DNA of 64,000 nucleotides from Paraspadella gotoi (taxonomy: Eukaryota; Animalia; Chaetognatha), in the NCBI GenBank assembly GCA_051294375.1, contig CM119271.1:13386473-13450472 (forward strand), given 5' to 3'. The notes beneath the pieces are model-generated. The model searched no databases. It was given only the letters and a program-made list of their open reading frames with translations, and was not told the DNA's origin. How positions within the stretch are numbered: the first letter of the stretch is position 1; every line of letters begins with the position of its first letter. The position numbers and the translations under genes are program-made. Positions 1 to 12,200 of the stretch are shown here, piece by piece.

Positions 1-288
1 AGCGAAAATACTTACATCTTTCTCCCCTAACGATTTTTTCTCTCTCTTAGTTCGTCGCTTTTGAGAAAGATTTTTTTCTTTCGATTCGATGAATATTATT
101 AAAGAAAAGTTCGCATTCATGGGATTAGATCAGATTCATGGATTTATATTCACGGAGGAACTTCTGAATGTTTAATTGTTTGTTTTATTAATGATAATTT
201 TCACTTAATAAAGAGAGGATGTATGAGACATTAATATTATTTAGGGATATTTAATGCGGTTTCCTCCGCGTAAAAAGAGACCGTCATG

Positions 289-433
<145 letters not shown>

Positions 434-857
434 GAAAATCGACTTCTTTTCCCCGCATTTGAGAGAGAGCGGCAGAGAAAGTGAGACAGAGAGAGAAACA
501 AGTTTGAGCAAACAATGTCGGATCTGCCCACGATCATTAGCGGTAATTAACTAATTAACTAATTAACTGATTAATTAATACTTTACTTTATTTTACATTT
601 TATATAAAAATAAAAAGAAACATAATCAATTCAATGTTCTGACATGATATAAGTGATTCCCGACAAGATTGGGGGGGCGAACCGACGGACCGACAAAGTG
701 AATTATAGATCGGGATTTGCTGATTCGCAGATATGACTAAAAACCCCCGACTCCACTGAACTCTTACCGTCAAGACTTTTTTCTTCTTCTTCAACAACAA
801 AATTCTTTCTTGATTCGCCCGATCGATTCGGGCAAATGAGAGAGAGAGAGAGAGAGA

Positions 858-1114
858 NNNNNNNNNNNNNNNNNNNNNNNNNNNNNNNNNNNNNNNNNNN
901 NNNNNNNNNNNNNNNNNNNNNNNNNNNNNNNNNNNNNNNNNNNNNNNNNNNNNNNNNNNNNNNNNNNNNNNNNNNNNNNNNNNNNNNNNNNNNNNNNNNN
1001 NNNNNNNNNNNNNNNNNNNNNNNNNNNNNNNNNNNNNNNNNNNNNNNNNNNNNNNNNNNNNNNNNNNNNNNNNNNNNNNNNNNNNNNNNNNNNNNNNNNN
1101 NNNNNNNNNNNNNN
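858..1114. other. Assembly gap (N run). Other gaps at 6873-6897, 15145-15169, 30419-30428, 31824-32198, 33590-33783, 34427-34640, 48872-48896
   Basis: Runs of n, mostly flanked by (CT)n/(AG)n tracts. Confidence 0.97.
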
Positions 1115-2100
1115 GAGAGAGAGAGAGATCAAAAGGAGTAGTACGAACTACGAAGGTGGTAAGTGTGTAATCGAACGTGTGTATTGATGAGTTGGCGACT
1201 GTTTCAGCGTCTCACGTCGTCGTCTTCGTTGTTGTTGTTGTTTTTTCTTCTTTCCTCCCTGCCCACTTTTCTTTTCTTCTTTCCTCCCTCACTACTTTTC
1301 TTTTAGGGGAGGAAGAAGGGGAAGAAGTAGAAGCGGAGAGAGGGGATGTGGAGGAAGAGGGGAAGGAAGAAGAAGAAGTGATGGAGGGAGAGGGCTAAAT
1401 GGTGGATGACGAAACGCAGGACAGACGTAGGAAGACGGGGGAAGAATGACGGGAGGGGTGGAGAGGGAAAACCGTGGTGGAAGAGAAGACTGGGATCCGG
1501 ATTGTCACCTAAGTTCCGAAATCGTGTTTTTGCCAAAGACTCGCGGAATCGTTAATCTTTGTCATACGTGCATGAGAGAGAGAGAGAGAGGAGAGAGAGG
1601 GAGGGAGAACAAGGAAGAGGAGGAGAGAGGGATAAAGAGATAGAGGAAGCGGTAAAGAGGGACGAGATAAAGAGTTTGTTGAATACGCAAATGTAAATTG
1701 AAACAAACATACATAGATTTATTGTTCAACAAACTGTGAAAGTTTTTTTCATGCATCATGTATAGAATTTTTTGTATACCTTTAAATATTTGCAAATACA
1801 AAAAAACATAGATAGGAGAGAGAAAGGAGAGAAAAACAGAGAAAGCAGCAGAGAGAGATAGAGAAATAGGTGACAGTAAAAAAAAAAAAAAAAAAAAGAG
1901 GGAGAGAGAGGGAAGGAAAGTGTTTAAGTTTTTCATAATAAAAAGAAATTTGGGAAATTCTCCCCTTTTTCTGTGATCGCGTTTTAGCGCCACTGCGAGA
2001 AATGAAGCACACCTGACGGTCGACCGTCGTCATCGTTGTCGTCGGTCGTTCTGTCATTTTTTTCTTATTCCCTTTTCTAAAGCATTAACGCTTGGCACAT

Positions 2101-2348
2101 TTTCCAAAGCGCCTCTGTTTAGATCCCTAATACTTAATTTTAATTTCCAGTGGTTAGGGGTTGTATTCTTCTTTTTCAGCAAGCGACCTTCGGTTCGTCG
2201 CCCCATTTGATGTCAATGCTAGTCAAGCGGGATAGGAATATCTAACCGTAATACCTAACCTACTCTCTATCCTTAACCATTAACAAATTATCAAACCTGA
2301 AAACAAACTTGATTTGATGTTAAAGTTGAAATGAGACGCTTTAGGAAA
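2101..2348. mobile_element. Short imperfect inverted-repeat element with telomere-like interior (putative MITE family)
   Basis: TTTCCAAAGCGCCTC (2101) and GAGACGCTTTAGGAAA (2333) are inverted. The interior has GGTTAGGGG on the left and CCTAACCT..CCTTAACC on the right. Confidence 0.4.
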
Positions 2349-2782
2349 AGTAGCGAGATTGGTTCGTACTTAAATTTGTGTTGTATTCTATAATGTTGGA
2401 TTTTTTTAAACGGAGATTAAAAAGATTGACTAGTGACAAAAATTGTTCAGAAAGCACGTTACGTTGTAAGTCAAAATCAGATCATGAACATTTGTGTACA
2501 GATAAACATTTAATTGAGTAAAAGCTTTAAAATGTTTTCTTTTTTAATGAGCTAAAGCTTATTACACTAAATAATAAGATAAGATTTTATTTTTTGTTTC
2601 CCAAAAAAATTATTTATCTCAGAATAAATCTCCATTGATACTCGACCTAGGAATTCCATGAGTTTTTCCTAAATGTTGTAAACAAAACAAATGGTTTAGA
2701 ATCACACGCTTAGAAATCTTCAAACGCAAAAAAAATAAAATTTAAGTAAAATCGGGGGTTTATTTTTATTAAATCATCGAAA

Positions 2783-3191
2783 ATGAAGCCGACTTTTTCC
2801 TTGATCGGGATGTCACTTCTCGGATTTGCTGTGCGGAATGACCGGTGAAACTCCGGTCTCATGTTGGTCCAATCATTACTGTCGTAGTACCGTGATCAAC
2901 GAGTCAAGCTGGACGGCCTGCTGCATGAATGCAAGGTGAGGCATGAAGAAACGAAGTCAAGAACCGTCGAAACTATCGACAACCGCGAGTCACCGCATTA
3001 AAATATTTGAATCGCCCCCCCCCCGCTATTTGCGAGTTAATTTGTAAAGTTTCTATATATTGTAAACGTCATTGTCAAGAATAATTGTAAAAAAAATTGT
3101 CCTGTCGACTTGTAGGAGTCGCCGTGTTGGCGCCAATGAAACGAGCCTGCAGAGACTTATCAATGTGCAGCCATTTTTCTGCGCGGAGTTG
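2783..3191 (+). CDS. Candidate first two exons (2783-2935, 3116-3191) of a secreted Cys-rich protein with TB/follistatin-N-like spacing; needs one frameshift correction
   Basis: ATG at 2783 gives hydrophobic MKPTFSLIGMSLLGFAV. After removing 1 nt near 2834 it reads GMTGETPVSCWSNHYCRSTVINESSWTACCMNAR, then donor AAG|GTGAG at 2935 and acceptor TTGTAG| at 3115, continuing in phase as SRRVGANETSLQRLINVQPFFCAEL. Confidence 0.3.
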
Positions 3192-5048
3192 GTGACCCGA
3201 GTCGCGCGGGTCGCATTCGTTCGTCGTCGTCGTCGTCGGGCGTCGTCGTTCGCTTTGACCGCAACGCGCTGAAAGAGAGCAAGCGCGATTGATGCAAGGC
3301 GGGGCGTGCATGGAGAAGAGGCGGAGACTAGCAGCGGAGGGCGTATGGGGGTCAATATATCGAGCGGTAGTACAATTTTAATAATGAAATTGGATATGAG
3401 TAGTTTATGAATTAATGATTTTAAAGCGAATAATAAAACAACTAACAGTCAGTGCCTCTCTCGATTCGGTTGTACTTTTTATGGCCGATTTAGTCAGGAT
3501 TTTTTGGAACGCGTTGGTGTAAGTTTATTTATCAACAATTATAAAATGGCGACGTGAATGAGGTTATAAAATCGATGGTGAAATTAACGAGATTAAATTT
3601 CAACGGTAAAAGGTTAAAAGATATGTTTTAAATGACTCGGAAAACCGAGATTAAAATATACTTTTAAAATTTTAAAACCACCAGACGCTGAGTTTAAAAG
3701 CGTTTAAGCGTCCGCGGGTTTTCGGAACGCTTAAAAATAATCGCGATATCTTATTCACATTCGATCAATTTCTTCGCGGAAAGGGCGAGGCAGCAGTCAG
3801 ATATCATCTCGTCGTCGAATCCTACGGCCTACGGTCGTGTCTCTATCATGACCGGGGTAAACACAATCAGTTTAAATTATTTGAATTTATATTTTCAAGT
3901 AACTCTCTCTCTTCTCTCTCTCTCTTCTCGTCTCTCTCTCTCTCTCACACACACGCAAAAGCAAAAGTTGGAATATCTCTTTTTCAGAAATGATTCCTTC
4001 TTGGCTTTTCTTTAAAAATGCACTCAGATTTCTCGCTCGTCAATTAGATTTAAATAAAGCTACAAACGTCGAGATGCAGATATGGAATCCTTTGTTGTTG
4101 TTGTTGATCAAAAATGTAAGTAAAACTCGTCTTCGTTGTTTCGTTCGTCGTCGTCGTTCGTCGTCGTCGTCGTAGTAGTCGTCGTCGCCTTCTTCGTGTC
4201 TTTATTTGTTCGGTTGTTGGACCACTGATCAATGATCAGCCACTTTAAGAAATGTTCTTTACTCTGGAAAACATTTTCTAAAATTGCTTTTAATGTGCAT
4301 ATAATTTACGCTTTGTGGCCATTCACGAAAGATCACGTGTCCAAAAATAAAATGCCGAAATTAATTTAATCTTAAAAGCACCAGAATAATGTAATTCACC
4401 CTGTAGGAAAATTGTGAAATTTTTTCTTCTCTTCGTGATCGCGTTATGTGAAACCGCGCGAAGAAACCACGTATGGTCGTCGTCGTCGTCATGCTTGTGC
4501 TAAAGTCAATATGCATTTACATGAATTGGCAAAAGGAAAAATTCGGGGGGAAATTATATTATCACTATCAGCCAAGATGGCTACTGCAACCTTTGGAATT
4601 CATTCCATGGCTTCTGTTTTTTTTTTTTTTATAACGATCTCGCCCTCAGTTCGACATCAAGCTGTATTACTTGAAGCGCTCCAAATTTCTACACTCTCAC
4701 TCTAATCTCTAACCCTAATCTATTATTTAATCCTTTACTTAATCCATAACCCGCAACCTAATCTTTAAACCTCAGAACTAATATGAATAAAAAGGTCGAC
4801 CATAGTTTATCGGTTTGTCTGTTTAAAGAAGAGACGACATAACGAAAATCGGATAAAATGAAACGGGGGGGGGGAAGCTGATGTCTCAAGTAGCAACGCA
4901 AACATCTTTTTCGGTCGGTCGGTCTGTCCAACTTACGTTTTAAAAAAGTTATGATCGACGGGTCATTTTTGTATCTACCTCTTCTACCCAAACCTTTATA
5001 ATTATATTCGTATCATCGTCTTTATCATTTACACTTGGATGCACTTAA

Positions 5049-5345
5049 AGCGAAAATACTTTACATCTTTCTCCCCTAACGATTTTTTCTCTCTCTTAGT
5101 TCGTCGCTTTTGAGAAAGATTTTTTTCTTTCGATTCGATGAATATTATTAAAGAAAAGTTCGCATTCATGGGATTAGATCAGATTCATGGATTTATATTC
5201 ACGGAGGAACTTCTGAATGTTTAATTGTTTGTTTATTAATGATAATTTTCACTTAATAAAGAGAGAGATGTATGAGACATTAATATTATTTAGGGATATT
5301 TAATGCGGTTTCCTCTCGCGTAAAAAGGACGTCATGGATTTCTTT

Positions 5346-5419
<74 letters not shown>

Positions 5420-5817
5420 GAAAATCGACTTCTTTTCCCCGCATGTTGAGAGAGAGCGGCAGAGAAAGTGAGACAGAGAGAGAAACAAGTTTGAGCAAAC
5501 AATGTCGGATCTGCCACGATCATTAGCGGTAATTAACTAATTAACTAATTAACTGATTATTAATACTTTACTTATTTTACATTTTATATAAAATAGAAAA
5601 GAAACATAATTAATTCAATGATTCTGACATGATATAAGTGATTCCGACAAGATGGGGGGGCGACACCGACGGACCGACAAAGTGAATTATAGAGTCGGGA
5701 TTTGCTGATTCGCAGATATGACTAAAAACCCCGACCGCACTGAACTCTTACCCGTCAAGACTTTTTTCTTCTTCTTCAACAACAAAATTCTTTCTTGATT
5801 CGCCGATCGATTCGGGC

Positions 5818-5889
<72 letters not shown>

Positions 5890-5959
5890 AGACCCGGGGC
5901 CGGACAGGAAGCAATCCAGGACGGCACCGCCCTTTGCTTCTGCGAACCTATTAGAGGAG

Positions 5960-6006
<47 letters not shown>

Positions 6007-6180
6007 AAAAGGAGTAGTACGAACTACGAAAGGTGGTAAGTGTGTAATCGAACGTGTGTATTGATGAGTTGGCGACTGTTTCAGCGTCTTCACGTCGTCG
6101 TCTTCGTTGTTGTTGTTGTTTTCTTCTTTTCCTCCCTGCCCACTTTTCTTTCTTCTTTCCTCCTCACGTACTTTTCTTTT
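5049..6180 (+). repeat. Direct segmental duplication, copy 2 of 1-1304
   Basis: See copy 1. Its unique sequence at 5888-5963 falls where copy 1 has an N gap. Confidence 0.95.
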
Positions 6181-6600
6181 CTTCTTTCCTCCCTCACTAC
6201 TTTTCTTTTCTTCTTTCCTCCCTCCCACTTTTCTTTCCTCTCTCCCAACTTTTCTTTTCTTCTTTCCTCCCTTTCTACTTTTCTTTTCTTCTTTCCTCTC
6301 TCCCCACTTTTCTTTTCTTCTTTCCTCTCTCCCACTTTTTCTTTTCTTCCTTCCTCCCTCTCTACTTTTTTTTCTTCTTTCCTCCCTGCCCACTTTCATT
6401 TCTTCTTTCCTCTCACTACTTTTCTTTCTGCTTCTTCCTCCCCTATTACTACTTTCTTTATCTTCTTTCCTCCCTCCCCACTTTTCTTTCCTCTCTCCAA
6501 CTTTTCTTTTCTCTCCTTCCTCCCTCTCTACTTTTTCTTTTCTTCTTTCCTCTCTCCCCACTTTTCTTTTTTTTCTTCCTCTCTCCCTCCACTTTTCTTC
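6120..6600 (+). repeat. ~30-bp pyrimidine minisatellite (CTTTTCTTTTCTTCTTTCCTCCCTCACTA-like)
   Basis: Recurring CACTTTTCTTTTCTTCTTTCCTC units. Confidence 0.85.
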
Positions 6601-7659
6601 TTTCGTCCATCGTGCATGATGATACCGGTTTTCCCCGGTCTCTCTCCCTTAACACTCCCTCCCCCCCCACTCTCCCCCTCCCCCTGCCCCCCTCTCCCTC
6701 CCCCCCAGTCTCTCCCCCTCTCTCTCCCCCTCCCTTCCTCTCCCTCCCCCTTTCCCTCACTCCCCCCTCCCACTCTTCTCCCCACCTCCCCCCTCTCCCT
6801 CCCTCTCCCCCGCGACCCAAAGCGAAGATAGCTTTTGTTTTGTGGAAGCCCCGCCGCAGTCCACGACGGACCNNNNNNNNNNNNNNNNNNNNNNNNNGGG
6901 TCCGTCCGGGGGTCATTTCTGGGTCACTCTCGGGGTCATTTCAGGAGGGGGGGTCACTCTCGGGGTAATATCGATATCGCTAGTAGATCATTTCGAGGTC
7001 AACGCGAGGTCACGTGTCGTTTGTGATTTCCATCTTGTTGGGTGAACGGTGGCCGGGAATGTTTATGCGTGTGAGAGTGTGTGTCTTTGCGAGTTTGTGT
7101 GTGATCGGAAAGAGAGAAAAAAGAAATAATGGAACGAGGAGAGAACAAAGAGAAAGAGAAAACGGATGAAATCAAAAGCACTATGTACGACAATATATAT
7201 ATTTATATATATAAATATATATATTTTTCTAATAATTGTTGCTACCTTCTTGCTTATTGAATGAGACAGAGACAGAGAAAAGAAAGATAGACAGAAAAGG
7301 ATAGTTGGGGAAAAATTAAAGTTATAAAGTAAAAAATAAGAAAACAAAAGCGGTGATAAAAGCTTGAACTTAAAGCCGAAACATGTACGATAATAAAAAC
7401 TATCGTTTGTTGAATCATAAATATTTTCTTTTTCATCCAAGTTTACAAAATTAAGAAAACAAAACAAGGAAAATGACTGAATCAAAGGACAAAGAATGAC
7501 AAAAACAAAAGAAAAAAAAGGTAACTTACCATTGTCGAAACGTTAGACTTACCATCCGTCTTTTCACGTACCAAATCCCGATGTACTTTTTCGCCTCGAG
7601 AAATAAAGAAAAGAAAATCCCTTTTTTCCTTACAAAAATCCTTTTTTTTGGGCAATCTT

Positions 7660-8315
7660 TTCCGAAAGAGCCCCATTTTAGTTTAAATTCATAATTATGT
7701 TTAATTTTTGGGTTTAATTATCAAGTTAAAAGTTTGGGATAAGGTTAAGAAATAGGAATAAGGATTTATAATTAGGTTAAGGATTTGGTTTGTATTTTAA
7801 TAGAGGTTATTTTAATTTTAATTTATTCTTTTTATTTTTATTTATTTATTTTTTTTCATTTATTTTATTTATTTTAATTCAGGTTCAGTGCGAGGAGTTA
7901 GGGTTACGAGATAAGGTTAGTGATTGGGGTTTAAAATTAGGGATTGACGTTAAGGATTAGGATAGGGTTAAGAATAAAGGTTATGGATTAGGTTATGGTT
8001 AAGAAAAAAGGTTAAGGATTAGGTTAGGGTTAAGAAAAAAGGTTAAGGATTAGGTTAAGGTTAAGAATAAAGGTTATGGATTAGGTTATGGTTAAGAAAA
8101 AAGGTTAAGGATTAGGTTATGGTTAAGAAAAAAGGTTAAGGATTAGGTTAAGGTTAAGAATAAAGGTTAAGGATTAGGTTAAGGTTAAGAAAAAAAGTTA
8201 AGGATTAGGTTAGGGTTAAGAAAAAAGGTTTAGAATTGGATTAACATTTAGGTTTAACATTTGAATTAAAATTAAACCCATGGATTAGTAACAGAAAATG
8301 GGCGCATTTCGATAA
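7660..8315. mobile_element. Putative MITE: short imperfect IR enclosing a 30-bp telomere-like array (AAGGTTAAGGATTAGGTTA(T/G)GGTTAAGAAAA, ~7960-8230)
   Basis: TTCCGAAAGAGCCCCATTTT (7660-7679) versus AAAATGGGCGCATTTCGATAA (8295-8315). About 9 tandem 30-bp units built from TTAGG/TTAAGG. Confidence 0.55.
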
Positions 8316-8429
8316 CAGTGCCCCTCTTTTTTTTTCTTTTCCCAAATTTTCTTTTCTTAATTTTACGACGAAGATAAAATCGAATCCGAAAAAATAAAAA
8401 TCTCGACCCGCGATTTTTTTTTTTTTTTT

Positions 8430-9437
8430 TATTTCCCTTTTCTTAGTCTAATCTTTCTATTTCCTTTCTTTTCTTTATCTTTTTCCCTTTTCCTTTTTTT
8501 TTCTTTTATTATTTCTCTTTTCTTAATCTAATCTTTCTATTTCCTTTCTTTTCTTTATCTTTTTCCCTTTTCCTTTTTTTTCTTTTATTATTTCTCTTTT
8601 CTTAATCTAATCTTTCTATTTCCTTTCTTTTCTTTATATTTTTCCCTTTTCCTTATTTATCCTTTATTATTTCTCTTTTCTTAGTCTAATCTCTCTATTT
8701 CCTTTCTTTTCTTTGTCTTTTTCCCTTTTCCTTATTTATCCTTTATTATTTCTCTTTTCTTAGTCTAATCTCTCTATTTCATTTCTTTTCTTTATCTGTT
8801 TCCCTTTTCCTTATTTTTCTTTTATTTTTTCTATTTTCTTAGTCTAATCTCTCTATTTCTTTTCTCTTCTTGATCTGTTTCCCTTTTCCTTATTTTTTGT
8901 ATTATTTCTCTTTTCTTAGTCTAATCTCTCTATTTTCTTTCTTTTCTTTATCTTTTTCCCTTTTCGTTATTTTTCTTTTATTATTTCTCTTTTCTTAGTC
9001 TAATCTCTCTATTTCCTTTCTTTTCTTTATCTTTTTCCCTTTTCCTTATTTATCCTTTTTTATTTCCTTTTTCTTAGTCTAATAACTATATTTCCTTTCT
9101 TTTCTTTATCTTTTTCCTTTTTCCTTAATTATCCTTTTTTATTTCCCTTTTCTTAGTCTAATATCTATATTTTCTTTCTTTTCTTTATATTTTTCCCTTT
9201 TCCTTATTTTTCCTTTATTATTTCTCTTTTCTTAGTCTATTACCTCTATTTCCTTTCTTTTCTGTATCTTTTTCCCTTTTCCTTATTTTTACTTTATTAT
9301 TTTTCCTTTCTTAGTCTAATCTCTCTCTTTTCTTTCTCTTCTTTATATTTTTCCCTTTTCCTTATTTTTCCTTAATCATTTCTCTTTTCTTAGTCTAATA
9401 TCTCTATTTCCTTTCTTTTCTTTATCTTTTTCTCTTT
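8430..9437 (+). repeat. 79-bp minisatellite, ~12-13 copies
   Basis: TCTTAGTCTAATCT anchor recurs at about 8441, 8521, 8600, 8679, 8758 and onward with a 79-80 bp period. Confidence 0.92.
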
Positions 9438-9596
9438 TTTAAATTTTTTAAAATCTTTTTTCTCCTTATTTTTCTGACGTCAAAAGTCGAAGCATCAAAA
9501 ATACGAACGACAATAATCCCTCGATGACCTTTTGGGAGAGATTCGTCTCTCTCTCGCTCTCTCTCTCTCTCCCTCTCTCTCTCGCTCTCTCTCTCG

Positions 9597-9652
<56 letters not shown>

Positions 9653-9746
9653 TAGACCTCTCCAGAATTCTTTGAAATTTAAATTAAAATTTATTCAAAT
9701 TTGATATCTTTGGTTTGAGACAAAATCGGTTTTATGTAATTGTATT

Positions 9747-9815
9747 CGTGTCCGTACTCGTGTCCGTACTCGTGTCCGTACTCGTGTCCGTACGCATGTC
9801 CATACTCGTGTCCGT
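9747..9815 (+). repeat. 12-bp tandem repeat (CGTGTCCGTACT) x~6
   Basis: Direct reading. Confidence 0.9.
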
Positions 9816-9928
9816 CTATCTTTCCATCCAAAATCTACTCATTTGCCAAATTAAACAATCAAAAATACTAAGCCCTGTAAGAACATTTTTTTCAATAATT
9901 ATTCTCTCAATAAATAATCATTGAGCTA

Positions 9929-12200
9929 CTCCTGAGTAAGGCGTAGTGAAAGTTACGTACGAAAATTCTAAAGATTAAAAATTCTAAAAGTGAGAGAACG
10001 AACACATATAGCTAATGAACATTTAATAGTATAAAAAATTTATAATAAATTCAAGTAATGTCATCCTTTGCAGAATCGGCCTTCTCCCGCTGGGGGCGCT
10101 GCTAGGGCGCGGCCCGGGGTCGGCCAGCCTACTGGCGGGGCGGCCCCTGGGGGGCAAGGCACAGAATTCGCTTAAACTGCCTGGGGGCGGCCCCCTGTAC
10201 CTCTCCATCTTTTTTTGGCGCGACCCAGGGAGCCACTACCAGGGGGACCCCCAGGGGCTAGAAAAACCTTTCCCCTGGGGGCCACCCCGGGGGGATGAAT
10301 TCGGCCTGCCCCTGAACGGCTCTCTCTCCCTCTTATTCTCACTCGTCCTCTCTCTGCTTTCTTACTCTCCTTTCTACACTCCTACCCTCTCCTCTCTCTT
10401 TCTCTAAATCTCTTTTTTCCATCTTTTTATTAAATATAAATTAAAACCTCAGAATTATTTGTGATAGATATATGGATTGGAATGAAATTTGTGTGTGGGT
10501 AAAAAAGTGTATGATTGAGCTAATGATATAAATGTTTGGCTTACTCTCTCTCTCAAACTATCAAGCCCTTTTCTGCAACAGCGGTGAAGTTCATCAAGAG
10601 GAAATCTACAAACTAACATAATTTAATTACAATCTTTAAATGAAAAAAAATTTTATTTCAACGAATGTGGATCTCATTAATGGTTGATACATTGATTAAA
10701 AAAATCTTGATGAATAGGTTTTTGTGGGCTGCCATAATTCACTAAGAAGTAGGTCTGTCCGATTTACTGCACCATTAATTTGTTTATTTAATGATTTATT
10801 TAATATACTTTTTTTGAACATCATATATATGAAAATTTTTTTTTTAAATTATCGTCCTCTATCGTCCATTTAGTATATGGGTCCATTGCCAAAGAATAAA
10901 AAAAAAACCCAGCAACAAAAATATTGTTTAAAATATTTAAAAGGAACAGAAGTTAAATAATAACGTTTTTTTTACACGATTAGTTACCCTTCTGCATATT
11001 CATATTATGCACTTTTATACTATTTTTGTAACCTTTTGTTAACCTTAATTATTTAATTTCAATTAAAAAGAATATAGAACAAAGTTTGAGTTGCAAACAA
11101 ACATGTCATGAGCGTACAACTAATAGGGCCTTACGAATATTGAGGCTGCGTAGAAGCTAATCAGATCATGTCACCACTGATTTGTTTTTTGCTTCATATT
11201 TCTATTCTTGCCCTTATATATTCTTTATCATTATTGTTTTATATATAATATATATTAAGTTAAAAAAAATCATATATTATGATGGAACTAAATTACTAAT
11301 TTGAGAAGATATGAGAAAGTACATAATTTAAAAAAAAATTCATATGTTTCATTAAATCATCATAAAATAAACAAATAATGGCAGTATCGACAGACCTACC
11401 TTAGTGAACATTATGTCAACACCATAACTTCATCAATTTTTAATTCATGATCACATTTTTTCTCGATCCACATCGTGAAATAAATTGTAGTTTCATTTAA
11501 GATTTGTATTAATAATTATGTTAGTTATATGTAGATTCATGGGGTGAGCTACACGTTGTTGAGAAGGCTGATAGTTTGAGGAGAGAGTAAGCAAACTTTT
11601 ATATCTAGCTCAAATCATACACTTTTTATTTTACCCACACAAGATTTCATTCCAATCCATATATCTAAATCATTTTTGAGTTTATTTTTATTTTTTTATA
11701 TAAAAGATAGAGATAGAGAAAGAGAGAGAGAGGGGGGGGGGAGAGGAGAGGGAGAGAGATAGGAGGGAGAGAGGCCGTTCCAGGGGAGGCAAATTTCATG
11801 CCCCGGGGGTGGCCCAGGGGAGGTTATTCTTAGCCTGGGGGATTCACCCTGGAGTGGGCCCCATATATCGCCAATACAGGGGCCCCCAGGCGAGTAAGGA
11901 TTTGCCCCTTCCCAGCCCCCGGGGCCGCCCCGCGGGGGCCACCCACCGCGGGGCGCCCCTAGCGCACCACGGGGATACAGAAGGATGACCATACGTGACT
12001 TTATTTAAAAATTCTTTTATGACAAAAGTTTATATCCCCAGGAGTAGATATAAATGCTCGTGTTGCCAGATAGTATCATCACGGACGTTGGTCCAGTATA
12101 TCAGTTTTTATCCGTAAATCTCAAAAGTTAAAATTGCTGGATAGATTTTATTACAGCTGTACTCATATACCTCTCATCGCCCCACCCGTCGACGTACAGT
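9929..12200. mobile_element. hAT-like non-autonomous element, copy with the true left end (TSD CTCCTGAG 9929-9936, TIR TAAGGCGTAGT 9937-9947) and a ~1.95-kb inverted-repeat interior; right end degraded
   Basis: 9937-10052 matches 18615-18725. The 8-mer before this TIR is identical to the 8-mer after the right TIR at 19222-19229. 12120-12210 is a noisy match to 19188-19240. Confidence 0.6.
10055..11995. repeat. Imperfect long inverted repeat (arms ~10055-10852 and ~11323-11995, ~470-bp spacer) with GC-rich outer ends
   Basis: AGATATATGGATTGGAATGAAAT (10466) versus ATTTCATTCCAATCCATATATCT (11644); GTAGGTCTGTC (10749) versus GACAGACCTAC (11389). Confidence 0.85.

Noticed and set aside
7960-8230. 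True telomere
   Set aside because: Degenerate, internal, organised as a 30-bp unit and bounded by short IRs.
8430-9437. Regularly spaced repeats as a possible CRISPR array (also 24220-24850)
   Set aside because: The whole unit repeats with no unique spacers, there are no cas genes, and the context is eukaryotic.
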